Notes: generated by a model not told the origin, from the sequence alone. 64,000 nt of DNA from Mustelus asterias (GCF_964213995.1 NC_135803.1:63426001-63490000); one strand, 5' to 3'; numbered from the stretch's first letter, positions 36,785-48,897 are shown. A program made the numbers and translations.

Positions 36785-36870
36785 CTATCATGAAAGTCTG
36801 CATTTCTATCCTTGGCTTATGTTTGCCGCGTTTAGCTGTTACTGTACATGCAGATTTTGAAGCACAAGAG
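36785..36870 (+). other. Candidate 86-nt exon containing an ATG and a signal-peptide-like frame
   Basis: Acceptor TTTATTTTAAACAG. ATC-ATG at 36790 opens MKVCISILGLCLPRLAVTVHADFEAQE. Donor GAG|GTATTC. Confidence 0.35.
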
Positions 36871-39080
36871 GTATTCACATGTGAATAGATGCTTTAAAAT
36901 TAATACGTTCAGTGTTCCAGTAATTCCAATGATCAAGTATTTAATGCTAAATTCATTCGACATTTGTATAAAGTTGCCTGTTACTTTTATATTCTATCGA
37001 TACCTCTGATTTTCTGTACTTTCAATGTGCTTCAGTTTTGTGGACTTGAGATGAGCCAGTGCTGCCCTTGTTCATATTTCTCATTAGAACCTTGTCAAAT
37101 CATTTTCCAGTTGTTTACATTTAAGTATTTATCTTGTACTGAAATGGCCTGTGGTGAAATGCATTCAGAATGTTACGGGATTGAACTCCGTTCATTGCAA
37201 AATTAAATGTATTCTTTAATTCCATAATGCTGGTTCTCGTAGTAGCTTTAGGGTGCTGAGCATTGAACTTATGACCTTTTGGAGTGAGTGCCAAATCCTT
37301 TAAGGTGTTGATCCTGTTTACTGTCAGTGGCTTCTGATAGTCCTGAGCTAGGCTGTCAAGATATCCTGTGATTTTAGAATTGGAAGAGGATATGCAATAG
37401 AAAATAGCTTCCAATGAATAAACATGGATGGATGGAAAGGGAGTGCAGGAAATTTTAATCTGCTAAATGTCAGTGGTAGTACTGTTCACTTAAGCATCAT
37501 TTTGGAACCAACTAAATAACGGGTGCATTTTATTATCTCTAATTGTGATCATAGGCGTTTAAATTATTCTGTTCTCAATGGCCTAGAGAGTAGAAAGATT
37601 ACCTGGTGTAATATCGAGCCATATAGATCAGGGGTGCTAGGTTTGAGTCCCAAACTGCTTTGAATTGATTTATGCTGCTAAGAGCATCAGCTGGGATTAC
37701 TATAATTGACTGATGCTTCAGTGGAAGTAAAAAAATATTAGCCAGAGTTTGGTCCAGATTATCTTGCAGTGGCCTTACCTGAAAATGTGAGTGTATGAAT
37801 ATTTGATGCAACAAAGATCTAGCTCTGCTTTCAGCTTGATTTTGAAGTTACAGTCACAATAGTTCCCAGCTTGTCATGCCTGTGTTGGTTCTTTGAAGGA
37901 GCAATCCCCCTGTTGCCATTCCCTTGCCTTTTCCCCGTAGCTCTGCATATTCTTCTATTTCAGATAATAATCCAATTACCTGTTATTACCTTGATTAAAC
38001 CTGCTTTTATCACACACTCAGGCAGTGCATTTCGGATCCCAACTACTCTCTGCATGAAAATGTTTTTCCTCCTGTCTCCATTGCTTTTGCCAATTACCAT
38101 AAATTACCCTCTGGTTCTCAATCCTTCCACCAATGGAAACCCCAAGTTAGTCGTGAAGCAACAATATTCACCAAGAGAAACAAGAAGTTAAAAGTATTGA
38201 ATCTCAACTTTTAACTTAAATATTTTTCTAGTGGAAGTAAATTGATTGGATTAAGATAGTTGATGTGCTGAAAATATTTTAAAAATATTTTTGAAATGTG
38301 GAATTTTTGTCATGGAGAAATTTAACATTCCACAAATATAAAATTAGCTTTTTGTGACTAGTGAGGATGTTTACCAGTCATTATTAACTTTGAATGCTGC
38401 TAAAAACCCAATTACACTTCATTCTACAAGGTATCAATCTTTTCAAATGTTTTTACATGACACTAAGGGTTTTGCCAGTTTGAGGCTTTCTAATTGACTT
38501 CAGAGTAGGGGACTTCAACAGTACGCTATAACACTGACAACGACTTCTGAATTTCCATGTCACTGTGCACATGGAGTTTTCGAGGAGTAATACAGCAAAT
38601 GCTGATAGTTTGTTATTATTACTGCTGCAGAATCCAGGTTAATATTTAAATAGGCTCATTCGTTATAGCACCATGCATTTAAGCGAGATACTGGAGTACT
38701 ATTGGCATCTTGAATCCAGCCCCCTCATAGGTCAGTACTGAGAGGAAATTGTGGTGAATATTTGCAAAGTAAGTATGTTAATTTTCAAATTAATAATCTT
38801 TGTTGCTCTCAAAATGCTGAGAGCTGATTTTGCATACATGGAATAGTATGTTCTTCCTAAGAGTATTCATGAATTTATGAATGAATCCCAACAGATTTGG
38901 CTATCTGTGTAGCATGTTTAATTCAGTTATATTTCAAATTAAAAAACATCTTTTTATAGACTTTTATGAGCAAATTAGCAGAATATGATGTGCTGTGTAA
39001 GTGAAGGTTCTTCGTCATGCAGCTGCCTTCCATCCTGTGGACGTGCCTGATCTTCTGTTTGGTTAATGTCAACACACTTT

Positions 39081-39399
39081 GTTTATTTATTAGTGTCACA
39101 AGCGGGCATACATTAACATTGCAATTAAGTTACTGTGAAAATTCTCTAAGTCGCTACATTCCGGTGCCTGTTCGGGAACACAGGGAGAATTTAGCATGGC
39201 TAATGCACCTACCCAGCACATCTTTCGGACTGTGGGAGGAAACCAGAGCACCCGGAGGAAATCCACGCAGACACTGGGAGAACACGCAGACTCCACACAA
39301 ACAGTGACCTAAGCTGGGAATTGAACCCGGGTCCCTGGCATTGTGAGGCAGCAGTGACCACTGTGAGACAGCACTAACCAGTGTGCCACCGTGCCGCCC
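39081..39399 (-). mobile_element. SINE (HE1-type head, second tail type)
   Basis: Reverse-complement HE1 head with the alternative tail. Confidence 0.9.
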
Positions 39400-39424
39400 T
39401 GGGAGCCCTGCCTTTGAGAGCACT

Positions 39425-39656
39425 GTAAGAAGTCTCACAACACCAGGTTAAAGTCCAACAGGTTTATTTGGTAGCAAATACCATAAGCTTTCGGAGCAAT
39501 GCTCCTTCGTCAGATGGAGAGACCACTCCATCTGACGAAGGAGCATTGCTCCGAAAGCTTATGGTATTTGCTACCAAATAAACCTGTTGGACTTTAACCT
39601 GGTGTTGTGAGACTTCTTACTGTGCTTACCCCAGTCCAACGCCGGCATCTCCACAT
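39425..39656. mobile_element. Penelope terminus-only palindromic insertion with a hammerhead in each arm
   Basis: Perfect 95-bp inverted arms 39425-39519 and 39526-39620 with a 6-nt spacer. TSD TTTGAGAGCACTG at 39413-39425 and 39657-39669. Confidence 0.95.
39528..39564 (+). ncRNA. Minimal hammerhead ribozyme (mirror copy on the minus strand at 39481-39517)
   Basis: CCAT-CTGACGA-A-GGAGC att GCTCC-GAAA-GC-TT-ATGG. Stem I is CCAT/ATGG. Confidence 0.8.
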
Positions 39657-40025
39657 TTTGAGAGCACTGCCAAATTTGTGATTTTGTCCTGCCAGAATAT
39701 GCCTATAATACACCATTGACATTGAAGATGGAAATTATTGATCATCTTTTCCTGATTATAATTTGGAGATGCCAGCATTGGACTGGTAAGAAGAAGTCTC
39801 ACAACACACGGTTAAAGTCCAACAGGCTTATTTGGTAGCACGAGCTTTTGGAGCGCTGCTCCCTCATCAGTTGAGTGGTGAGTTGGGTTCGCAAATGGCA
39901 TATATAGACACAGACTCAATTGCAAGATAATGGTTGGAATGCGAGTCTTAACAGGTAATCAAGTCTTTACAGGTACAGACAATGCGAGTGGAGGGAGGGT
40001 TAAGCACAGGTTAAAGAGGTGTGAA

Positions 40026-40972
40026 CAAAGAACAATACAGCACAGGAACAGGCCCTTCAGCCCTCCAAGCCCGTGCCGCTCCCTGGTCCAAACTAGACCA
40101 TTCTTTTGTATCCCTCCATTCCCACTCCGTTCATGTGGCTATCTAGATAAGTCTTAAACATTCCCAGTGTATCCGCCTCCACCACCTTGCCCGGCAGCGC
40201 ATTCCAGGCCCCCACCACCCTCTGTGTAAAATACGTCCTTCTGATATCCGTGTTAAACCTCCCCCGCCCCCCTCCTCACCTTGAACCTATGACCCCTCGT
40301 GAACATCACCACCGATCTGGGAAAAAGCTTCCCACCGTTCACCCTATCTATGCCTTTCATCATTTTATACACCTCTGTTAGGTCACCCCTCAGCCTCCGT
40401 CTTTCCAGTGAGAACAACCCCAGTTTACCCAATCCCTCCTCATAACTAAGCCCCTCCATACCAGGCAACTTCCTGGTAAACCTCCTCTGCACTCTCTCTA
40501 ACGCCTCCACGTCCTTCTGGTAGTGTGGCGACCAGAACTGGGCACAGTATTCCAAATGCGGCCGAACCAACGTTCTATACAACTGCAACATCAGACCCCA
40601 ACTTTTTTATACTCTATGCCCCGTCCTATAAAGGCAAGCATGCTGTATGCCTTATTCACTACCTTCACCTGTGACGTCACCTTCAAGGATCTGTGGACTT
40701 GCACACCCAGGTCCCTCTGCGTATCTACACCCTTTATGGTTCTGCCATTTATCGTATAGCTCCCCCCTACGTTAGTTCTACCAAAATGCATCACTTCGCA
40801 TTTATCTGGATTGAACTCCATCTGCCATTTCTTTGCCCAAATTTCCAGCCTATCTATATCCTTCTGTAGCCTCTGACAATGTTCCTCACTATCTGCAAGT
40901 CCAGCTATTTTCGTGTCGTCCGCAACCTTACTGATCACCCCAGTTACACCTTCTTCCAGATCGTTTATATCT
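40026..40972 (-). mobile_element. Young 5'-truncated CR1 LINE inserted in the Penelope inverted pLTR, TSD GTGTGAA
   Basis: ORFs 40591-40998 (INDLEEG..ADDTK, WQMEFNPDKC) and 40253-40591 (LYRTLVRPHLEYC..WSP). GTGTGAA at 40019-40025 and 40973-40979. Confidence 0.95.
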
Positions 40973-40997
40973 GTGTGAATTGTCTCAAGCCAGGACA

Positions 40998-41333
40998 TGG
41001 TACATACTCTTGCGACTCACCAACGTTGTCTACCTGATACGCTGCAGGAAAGGATGTCCCAAGGCATGGTACATCGGCGAGACCATGCAGACGCTACGAC
41101 AACGGATGAATGGACACCGCTCGACAATCACCAGGCAGGAGTGTTCCCTTCCTGTTGGGGAACACTTCAACAGTCGAGGGCATTCAGCCTCCGATCTTCG
41201 GGTAAGCGTTCTCCAAGGTGGCCTTCAAGACACAGGACAACGCAGAATCGCAGGGCAGAAACTGATAGCCAAGTTCTACACACATGAGGACAGCCTCAAC
41301 CGGGATCTTGGGTTCATGTCACACTACCTGTAA
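40998..41333 (+). pseudogene. Penelope GIY-YIG endonuclease domain (C-terminal part of the PLE ORF)
   Basis: NVVYLIRCRKGCPKAWYIGETMQTLRQRMNGHR...VGEHFNS..HS...LNRDLGFMSHYL*. Confidence 0.93.
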
Positions 41334-41543
41334 CCCCCACGACTTGCCTGGGCTTGCAAAATCTTACTAACTGTCTTGGCTTGAGACAATTCACACTTCT
41401 CTAAACTGTGTTTAACCCGCTCTCCACTAGCATCGTCTGTACCTGTAAAGACTTGATTGCCTGTTAAGACTCGCATTCCAATCATTATCTTGCAATTGAG
41501 TCTGTATCTATATATGCTCTGTTTGTGAACCCAACTCGCCACT

Positions 41544-41578
41544 CACCTGATGAAGGAGCAAAGCTCCGAAAGCTCGTG
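41544..41578 (+). ncRNA. Minimal hammerhead ribozyme in the Penelope 3' pLTR
   Basis: CAC-CTGATGA-A-GGAGC aaa GCTCC-GAAA-GC-TC-GTG. Predicted cleavage after C41575. Confidence 0.8.
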
Positions 41579-41639
41579 CTACCAAATAAACCTGTAGAAC
41601 TTTAACCTGGTGTTGTGAGACTTCTTATTGATTACTATA

Positions 41640-42340
41640 AGACACAGCCATACAGCAAAGTGCTGAGAACACAAGCCTTATGAACTATCAACTTGGTCCT
41701 GAACTTGGCGTTCTCCCTTCTGCGTACTGCGTATCAACCAAAGGTGGTGGCTGCTTTCCCTGTGCACGTGTTATGTTCTGCATGGTTTGTCTGTCGCCAT
41801 GAACCCATGGTGGGTGTTATTGATCAGGATGGAGATATAACGTTTAACCATGATGTTTTTCTTGACGTTAATAATCGGGGTGAACAAGTTACAGGCATGG
41901 GAGAGACAGCTGATGAGCCCTTTTAGCCGCGTTGCTGTGTGGACGGCTAGTGCAGTATTGTCAACATAGAAGAGTTCCCGATCAAGACTCTGTGTTTTTG
42001 TCATCACTTTGATAGATTGTAGATCTTGCCATCTGATCCGGTATGCCAGTAGACTCCTATATGTGCAGGGAAGGCAACGGTCAGGAATATGGAGATGGTG
42101 AGAAGATGTCAAATGCTGGTGGGAGGGGGTTGCTGTTTTCATTATTCAGACTGATTTATGTCTGATGCTGTACACTGCACTGTATGCTGTCATGGAAGGA
42201 GTGGATGAGACTGAGGAGCTTTGGTAGACAGCCAGTTTTTCCAAAATCTTGTAGCGTCCTGCCCTGTTGACTGTTGAATGCCTAACTAAGATCTACACAG
42301 TTTGGTAGTATGCCCTGTTCCCTACACTTCTGTTATGGAA
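41640..42340 (-). mobile_element. RTE LINE RT fragment
   Basis: ORF 41771-42142 (RELFYVDNTALAVHT..ACNLF..IINVKKN). Confidence 0.75.
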
Positions 42341-43069
42341 GTATGCAAGTACATTTCAAGGAAAGAAGTGGAACCCAAGCATTCTACACTTGTCCAACAA
42401 TGTTCTTTAAAAATAAAGAATCATGCTGGTTAAAACTAAGTTTTATTTCCGAACAATTAGCTTTCTGTTCTCTATTGCAGCAGAGAGCCTTTGTACTCAT
42501 ATTTTATGCCCTATAACTGTTTAACTTGGCAGCATGCGAGAGATATGGGTGTGTAGATATTTGGAATTTAGAGAGGCTACTGTTTTTACATAGTATATTG
42601 TCTTTCAGAATTGGTATTTTCAAGTAATAGTTTCATTTTATTATCTTAAAAGATAGTTCATGGTGAAAAAATTATGATCCAGATTCTGTACCTGGTGAAT
42701 TTAGTGTAGGACTGGTTCTTCAATTCTGCTGTAGTTTGAAATATGAACTCTCAAGAGAGCAGGCACAAGTTACAGTTGTTACTTTTTAGTTTGGTGCACT
42801 TAATCTAATTCTGAGGTAGCAGAGCCAAGTAGTTTAAAATGGTTGAGATTCAGCAGCCTCAAAGAAATAAAGTATGGAAAATAGTTCTTCTTGCACTCTT
42901 CTGACCTAACTTCTGCAAACAATTATTTTAATGGCATTCTGTGCCCCTTTTGCTTATGGTAATTGCATCTAGACTTTCCAAAAACATTTAACTTAAGTCC
43001 CTCGTGACCAGTTATTAAACTCAAGGCTGCATAGAGTCAGAATAAACCCTGGAAATAGGTAAGAGATTG

Positions 43070-43740
43070 GCCTTAATGTTGGGGCCATTGCTATTGCTTA
43101 TTTATATAGATGACATGGATTCTCAAATTCATAGTAAAATAGTCACGCTTGCTGTAAAAGTGGGTAAGCCAATGTAATTAGAAGAAACAACTCACAAAAT
43201 ATTTGTGGTTGGTCAATAGCTTATGCAATGTAACGCACACAAGTTCTAAGTACTGCACATAAAATGGAAAGTTAAGTAACACGTATTCCCTGAATGGTGT
43301 TGATTTGTTTAAACTGAAGTCGATAAAAACATATGAGAGACTTGCTGGAATAAACAGATGTGCCTAACCAGTGCAGAGGAACATAATTACCAGAATGTTA
43401 CTACAGAACCAAAACCATAGAATACATGTCAGACTAAGTCCCATAAAACTGCAGTGCTTTGGTCAGACTACGCCTTGAGTATTCTATTCTGTTCTTGGTT
43501 TCAAAGTTAGCGAAAGACCTTAGCACTAGAGGAAGTGAAGAGAAGAACCAAAATAAAAATTCCTGGGTCTGAGTTATGGGGAATATCTCTGGACAAGCTC
43601 CAGCTTTTTAGCCTGGTAAATGTGTTTGAGAGTGATCTTGGGAAATATGCAAAATAGTAAATGGTATTGGACAGACATACAAAGCATATGTAACTTTAAA
43701 TTGTAGGACTAGGATAAGGGACTTGATTGATGGCAATACA
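43070..43740 (+). mobile_element. Very old CR1 fragment
   Basis: Degenerate LGPLLLLIYIDDMD segment and RT C-terminal remnants. Confidence 0.6.
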
Positions 43741-43782
43741 TTTTGTGCATGGTTATCAGCATTTAGATTGGGCTGGATAAGT

Positions 43783-44060
43783 GGTAGGGTGGCACAGTGG
43801 TTAACATTGCTGCCTCACAGCGCCAGGGACTCGGGTTTGATTCCCAGATTGGGTTGCTGTCAGAGGAGTCTGCATGTTCTCCCCATGTTGCGTGGGTTTC
43901 CTCCCACAGCCCGAAAGATGTGCTGGTTGAGTGCATTGGTCATACTAAATTCTCCCTCTGTGAACAGGGGCCAGAGTGTGGCGACTAGGGGATTTTCACA
44001 GTAACTTAATTGCAGTGTTAATGTAAGCCTACTTGTGATACTAATAAATAACTTTAAACT
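43783..44060 (+). mobile_element. SINE (HE1-type head, second tail type)
   Basis: GGTGGCACAGTGGTTAAC head. Tail ...TAAGCCTACTTGTGATACTAATAAATAACTT. Confidence 0.88.
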
Positions 44061-47000
44061 AATTTAAGGGTGCTGCAATGGGGGAATAGCAAAGTACTTC
44101 TGGATAAATTAACTAATATGAATGGTCTTCCTAACTTGTAGTTATTATAAAAGCAAAATACTGCGGATGCTGGAATTTAAACAAAAACAGAAAATGCTGG
44201 AAAATCTCAGCAGAGAGAATAGAGCCAATGTTTCGAGTCTAGATTTAGTTATGACTAACCTGATTCTCCACAACCAAGGGTGCAACAATAATAGACCTGA
44301 TAAACTTTCTCCTGTTGTATTATTGCAAATGCACAGTTGAATCAAAACTTTGGTTTCCTATTACCACCACCATCCCTACACTGTTATTATTGTATATCAG
44401 AAGACTTTGTAATGATTAGAGTATAAATTCGAGAAGTTGGACTGAAAACAGTCTAGGTTGGTTCTGGTGGAAAGTATGCAGTCTTAAAATTTTAGATTTC
44501 TAATCATTTCTGTGCCATGATGTGTAGCCGATTCATCATCACCTTTATGGCCACATTACTTCTTTAGGGAATGGTCTACTATGAGTATTTTCTGGCTCAG
44601 CAATTGAATTCATTATAGTGTGATTGGAGTCCAGCTTGAAACTTACATTGCTAATGCGATTTCTCACAATTGTGATGACTGTAATATTGTTCTAAACTTC
44701 AGTTCTGAATAATAACAAAGTGTTGAAACATTTCACCCTATTTCCAAGATGTGATTGAAATGATAGCAACCTTATTTGGCTGGAGAGGTTTGAAAATAAC
44801 ATGAAATGGAATAGAGGTGCTGAGTTAATTGGGATGAACAAATCTCCCAAGTTATTGTACATACACCATATTGATGGTTCTGTATTTTTAATTGTGAAGT
44901 GAAATATATTTCTTGCAATAGAGTAATTAGCACAGAGACCAGAAGGAAAATCACCTTGTTGTTTCGCAATCAAAAGTTTAAATTCAGGAACTTAATTGAA
45001 AGGACTCGCCATGAATATTCAAAGTTTAGTTAGTTCTAGAAGGCTGCCTGATGGCTTAGTAAATAGCATTGCCTGGTGGCACAATATTGATGGTGGGAGA
45101 ATGTTCTCAGCTGGGTTCCTGATGCTCATCACTGTGAAATGATCCTGTTGTAAAATGTGCATGTATGACTGTTAGTAGAAGCACTATTTCTTTGGTGATG
45201 ATGCCCCTCATAATGAATAATCTGCTCCCTATGAAGTGTGACTAATCGGAAAATTATTTTTCAATGTGTTGGTAGCAATCCATGAAAATGAACTTTATTA
45301 TTTTTTTAAAAGTGAATACTTAATTGGACCTGTGTAATGGTACATTCACTCTTTAAATTTAGCTTTGGTTTCACAATGACACCAAATTTGCATCCTAGTC
45401 AGCAGTTATTCCTTGGACAATGTCACCAAAACATTACAAGGTCATTTATCTCATTGCTGTTGCACTGTTATCGGCTGCTGCATTACAAACAGTGACTGCA
45501 CTTCAAAAATAATTAGTTAGCTATGGCACACTTGGATTGAGTCAAAGAATGTAAAAGATGTTTCATGAATGTAGTTCTAACTAATATTATTCAGGATCAG
45601 GCCTAAATTGACTCAAGTAGAGTAAGACAGCTTCCTCCCTGACTTCAAAATCAGGTTACATTTACGCTCTGGTCACAGCATTAATTCAAAACTAATCTGC
45701 TTTTCATTGATTATAGTCAACATTCTTAATTTTACAAGGAACTTGTTTTATTAATCCTGTTGATTCTGGTCTTTTTGAGCATTGATTTGAAATTTACCAG
45801 AACAACTCGCTTTTATATAAGAGTAGTTATGCAGCAAAACATTCCAAGGTGCTTGACTTTAGCAGTAGCAGAATTAGATGCTGTTATGGAGGCAGAAGAA
45901 GGTAAAATTTGTGATGGAGAGGACATAGGATCAGTGGCTCAATTTAGGATTGCAAAGGGTGCAGCAATTGCAACAGTCTGGTTCAGACAGAGACAGTGGC
46001 TGGGGAGGGGGGCAGGGTGGAATTGGTGCAACGGGTCTGTGATTTGTGATGGAGGCCCTGACAACCTAAATACAAACTCAGACGTTTAAGAAAAAGGAAA
46101 TCTTCCCCAGCCAGTACTAACAATCCAGCAAATATGAAAAGTGGGGAATACAAAAATGGGACATAAACACACGAATTGTGTGGTCCTTTAGTCAAGAATG
46201 AGAGGATTATAGATTGGAATATGCAATAAGCTGCCTTTTCAGATCTCCTTGGAGTGTTCTCACCTCTAGTTTCAAATCTTAGTAGCGGTTTTCCTTTAAT
46301 TGAATGGATGTACCTACTTGCCACATCATTTCAATGTTTATATCATTCAGTCTGACTTTTATGTCATGGAAAAGGCCTGAATGTTTTTAATACTTAACAG
46401 TTTCATTTTTAAGTGAGCTAATTGCAATTTTTTCATGGGAGATTAGAGCTTTGCTTGAGGTTTATGTGACATTGCATGTATTTTCAGTTGATCTTTTTAT
46501 AATGATTGAATTGATGCGGAGGGGGGGGGGTGCACTGGTAGAATCTTTATGTAGCTGAAGCTATCAAATTGATTTTCTTGTCTATTTTTAACCAGTGGAT
46601 AGGCTGTCTAAAAATTGTCACATTATATAAAATTAATCACTTAAAAATGGCCTGTAGGGCTGGTGCTTTGTTTAAAGCTCACGTTACAGTTTGGTTGTTT
46701 CAAGGGAGAGTTGCAGTGGGGGTCATGGGGTAGTGGTAGAATAGTAGACGTGGAAGTATATACATTTTAAAAATATGATAATGGAGTGATATTGTTTTAT
46801 GCATCTAGTAGCAAAATGCATACATTTATTTCAAATGGCACTGCCCAAGTGAATATTTTATAGTAAGCAAGAGTACCTTCCATTCTTGGGTAAAGCTCTA
46901 GACGTTGCTTTGAGCTATTTTTATCGACAATCAGGAGCTTAATTCTGGACTGCATACCAGACTGTACCATTTGATCAGTTATATAAAATGGGAGCAATAA

Positions 47001-47197
47001 TTTCTCATTCAAAGAAGAATCAGTTTAAAAATATTAAATATTCTACATCATTAATTTGAACATATTCCTAATTGTGTATTTTATGTGAAGAGATCTGTTT
47101 CTGATCAGTCAATTGACTTATTTTGGTGCAGACTTACATACTGTTTGTGTGTCCGGAAAGCACTTAACATGCATGACATGTATTCCAGAAGGCAGAT

Positions 47198-47253
47198 GTT
47201 ACCATGGTAACCCTCTGGTAGGTCATAGCCAGCTTGGCATATTTGATTGGCTG
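47198..47253. promoter_or_regulatory. RFX X-box (perfect palindrome) plus NF-Y CCAAT box
   Basis: GTTACCATGGTAAC at 47198-47211 and TGATTGGCTG (reverse CAGCCAATCA) at 47244-47253, in TE-poor sequence. Confidence 0.7.
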
Positions 47254-48566
47254 ACAGTAGAAAATGATATTCTGGAAAGAAAAATGAGTGGGTTTAGGGG
47301 GTGGGAGTTGGGGAGAGACAGGGTCATTAAAAAAATTAATACTTCTATTAGATTTTACTTAAAACAAATTAAATTTTGTCTTAAGATTGACTTAGATGTC
47401 TCAAATTTCACCAATAAAGCATTTTCCGTTAGATTCATTGCAGAATATGTGCAGTGTTTATTTTTTCAAGCAGAAGAATGAATGTGTGGAAGCTTTAGTG
47501 TGTTTGTGGAGAGGGGCGGTTTGTACTCAGTTTAACAGGGGTTATATAAGGCAGCTGTGTTCAGGTATCACGAAGGAGTTTTTGAATTATTATTGAAGAT
47601 TCCCAATTGTAGAATCCACTTTTGTTGTAGGTGATACTGTTGAAAGTGCCAACAGATGTTTGCATACTCTGCACTACTGAAAATGTTAATTATTTTTATC
47701 TGCTCTTTTCATGTGCTTTATTCATGAGAAATCAAAACGTGAGATTTTACAAGATTAAAAAAAAATTGGTTTAACAGATATTAAATTTACTAAACCCAAT
47801 ATTGTAAGTACTTAAAATATAGTAAGTATTGCATTTAGCTGGCATAAACCATTTTTTCATAGGTTTTCAATTATATATTAAAGTACTATTTTTAAATAAA
47901 CATTTCTGTAAATTTTATTCCAGATTGGGCTATGACACTGGCGTGTAACTCTAAAGAAGTATAAGTTCTCAAGCTGCTGCTCATGAACTCTATATGGGAT
48001 GCTTGCTCATGTGATTTCTTGGTCTGGGATTGAACATAATTATATACCTTTAACATAATGAATTTGTCAGTTAATACATCGGACTACTTTCTACTGATCT
48101 GTTCTAGTAGTGTTTTTAGTCTTGCTTCTGTTGGTACAGTTGTCTTGAGTCTCAAACCTTTGGGTTCAATCCCTTCTCCAGAATGGTGTTACATAAAACA
48201 TAATTACATAAAACCATGGCACTAGGAAATGCTGCACTGCTGAAGATGTCATCTTTCAGATGAATCGTTAAACTGAGGCCCTTCTGCCCTTTTAGCTGAC
48301 CATATGAGTTCCCATGGCAGTATTTGAAAAGGCTGAGGGGTCTCCCCAATAATGTGGCTAACATTAATTTGTTGATTAACAGTACCCAAAAAGAAATCCG
48401 TGCTCATTCCTTTTCTTGCTATCTGTTGATTGAATGGTCATGTGATGACAGGTACTTAAGAGGCCATGTAACAGAAATGCGGGAGTTCTCCCCTGAGCAC
48501 AGGCAGAGTACAAGCATGGAGTGAGTGAATAAATTATTGTTTGTTTTATTGTTTGTTCTATTGTTT

Positions 48567-48897
48567 GGGCGGTGGCACAGTGGTTAGCACTGCTGCCTCA
48601 CAGCTTCAGGGACCAGGGTTCGATTCCCAGCTTGGGTAGCTGTCTGTGTGGAGTTTGCACGTTCTCCCCGTGTCTGCGTGAGTTTCCTCCGGGTGCTCCA
48701 GTTTCCTCCCACAGTCCAAAGATGTGTGGGTTAGATGTATTGGCCTTGCTAAATTGCTCCTTAGTGTCCCGGGATGAGTAGGTTAGAGGAATTAGCGGGG
48801 TAAATATGTGGGGTTATGGGTATAAGGCGTGGGATTGTTGTCGGTGCAGAATTGATGGGCCGAATGGCCTCCTCCTGCACTCGGGATTCTCTGATTC
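48567..48897 (+). mobile_element. HE1 SINE inserted in the Gypsy 5' LTR
   Basis: Complete HE1 head, body and tail. Confidence 0.93.

Larger units (their letters stand above)
39764..41627 (+). mobile_element. 5'-truncated Penelope-like element: inverted pLTR + GIY-YIG endonuclease + pLTR
   Basis: 39764-40025 plus 40973-40997 is the reverse complement of part of 41334-41627. The GIY-YIG ORF lies between them. Confidence 0.93.

Noticed and set aside
39425-39620. Pre-miRNA or CRISPR-like interpretation of the long inverted repeat
   Set aside because: The arms are Penelope termini found elsewhere in the window. There is no repeat-spacer array and the DNA is eukaryotic.
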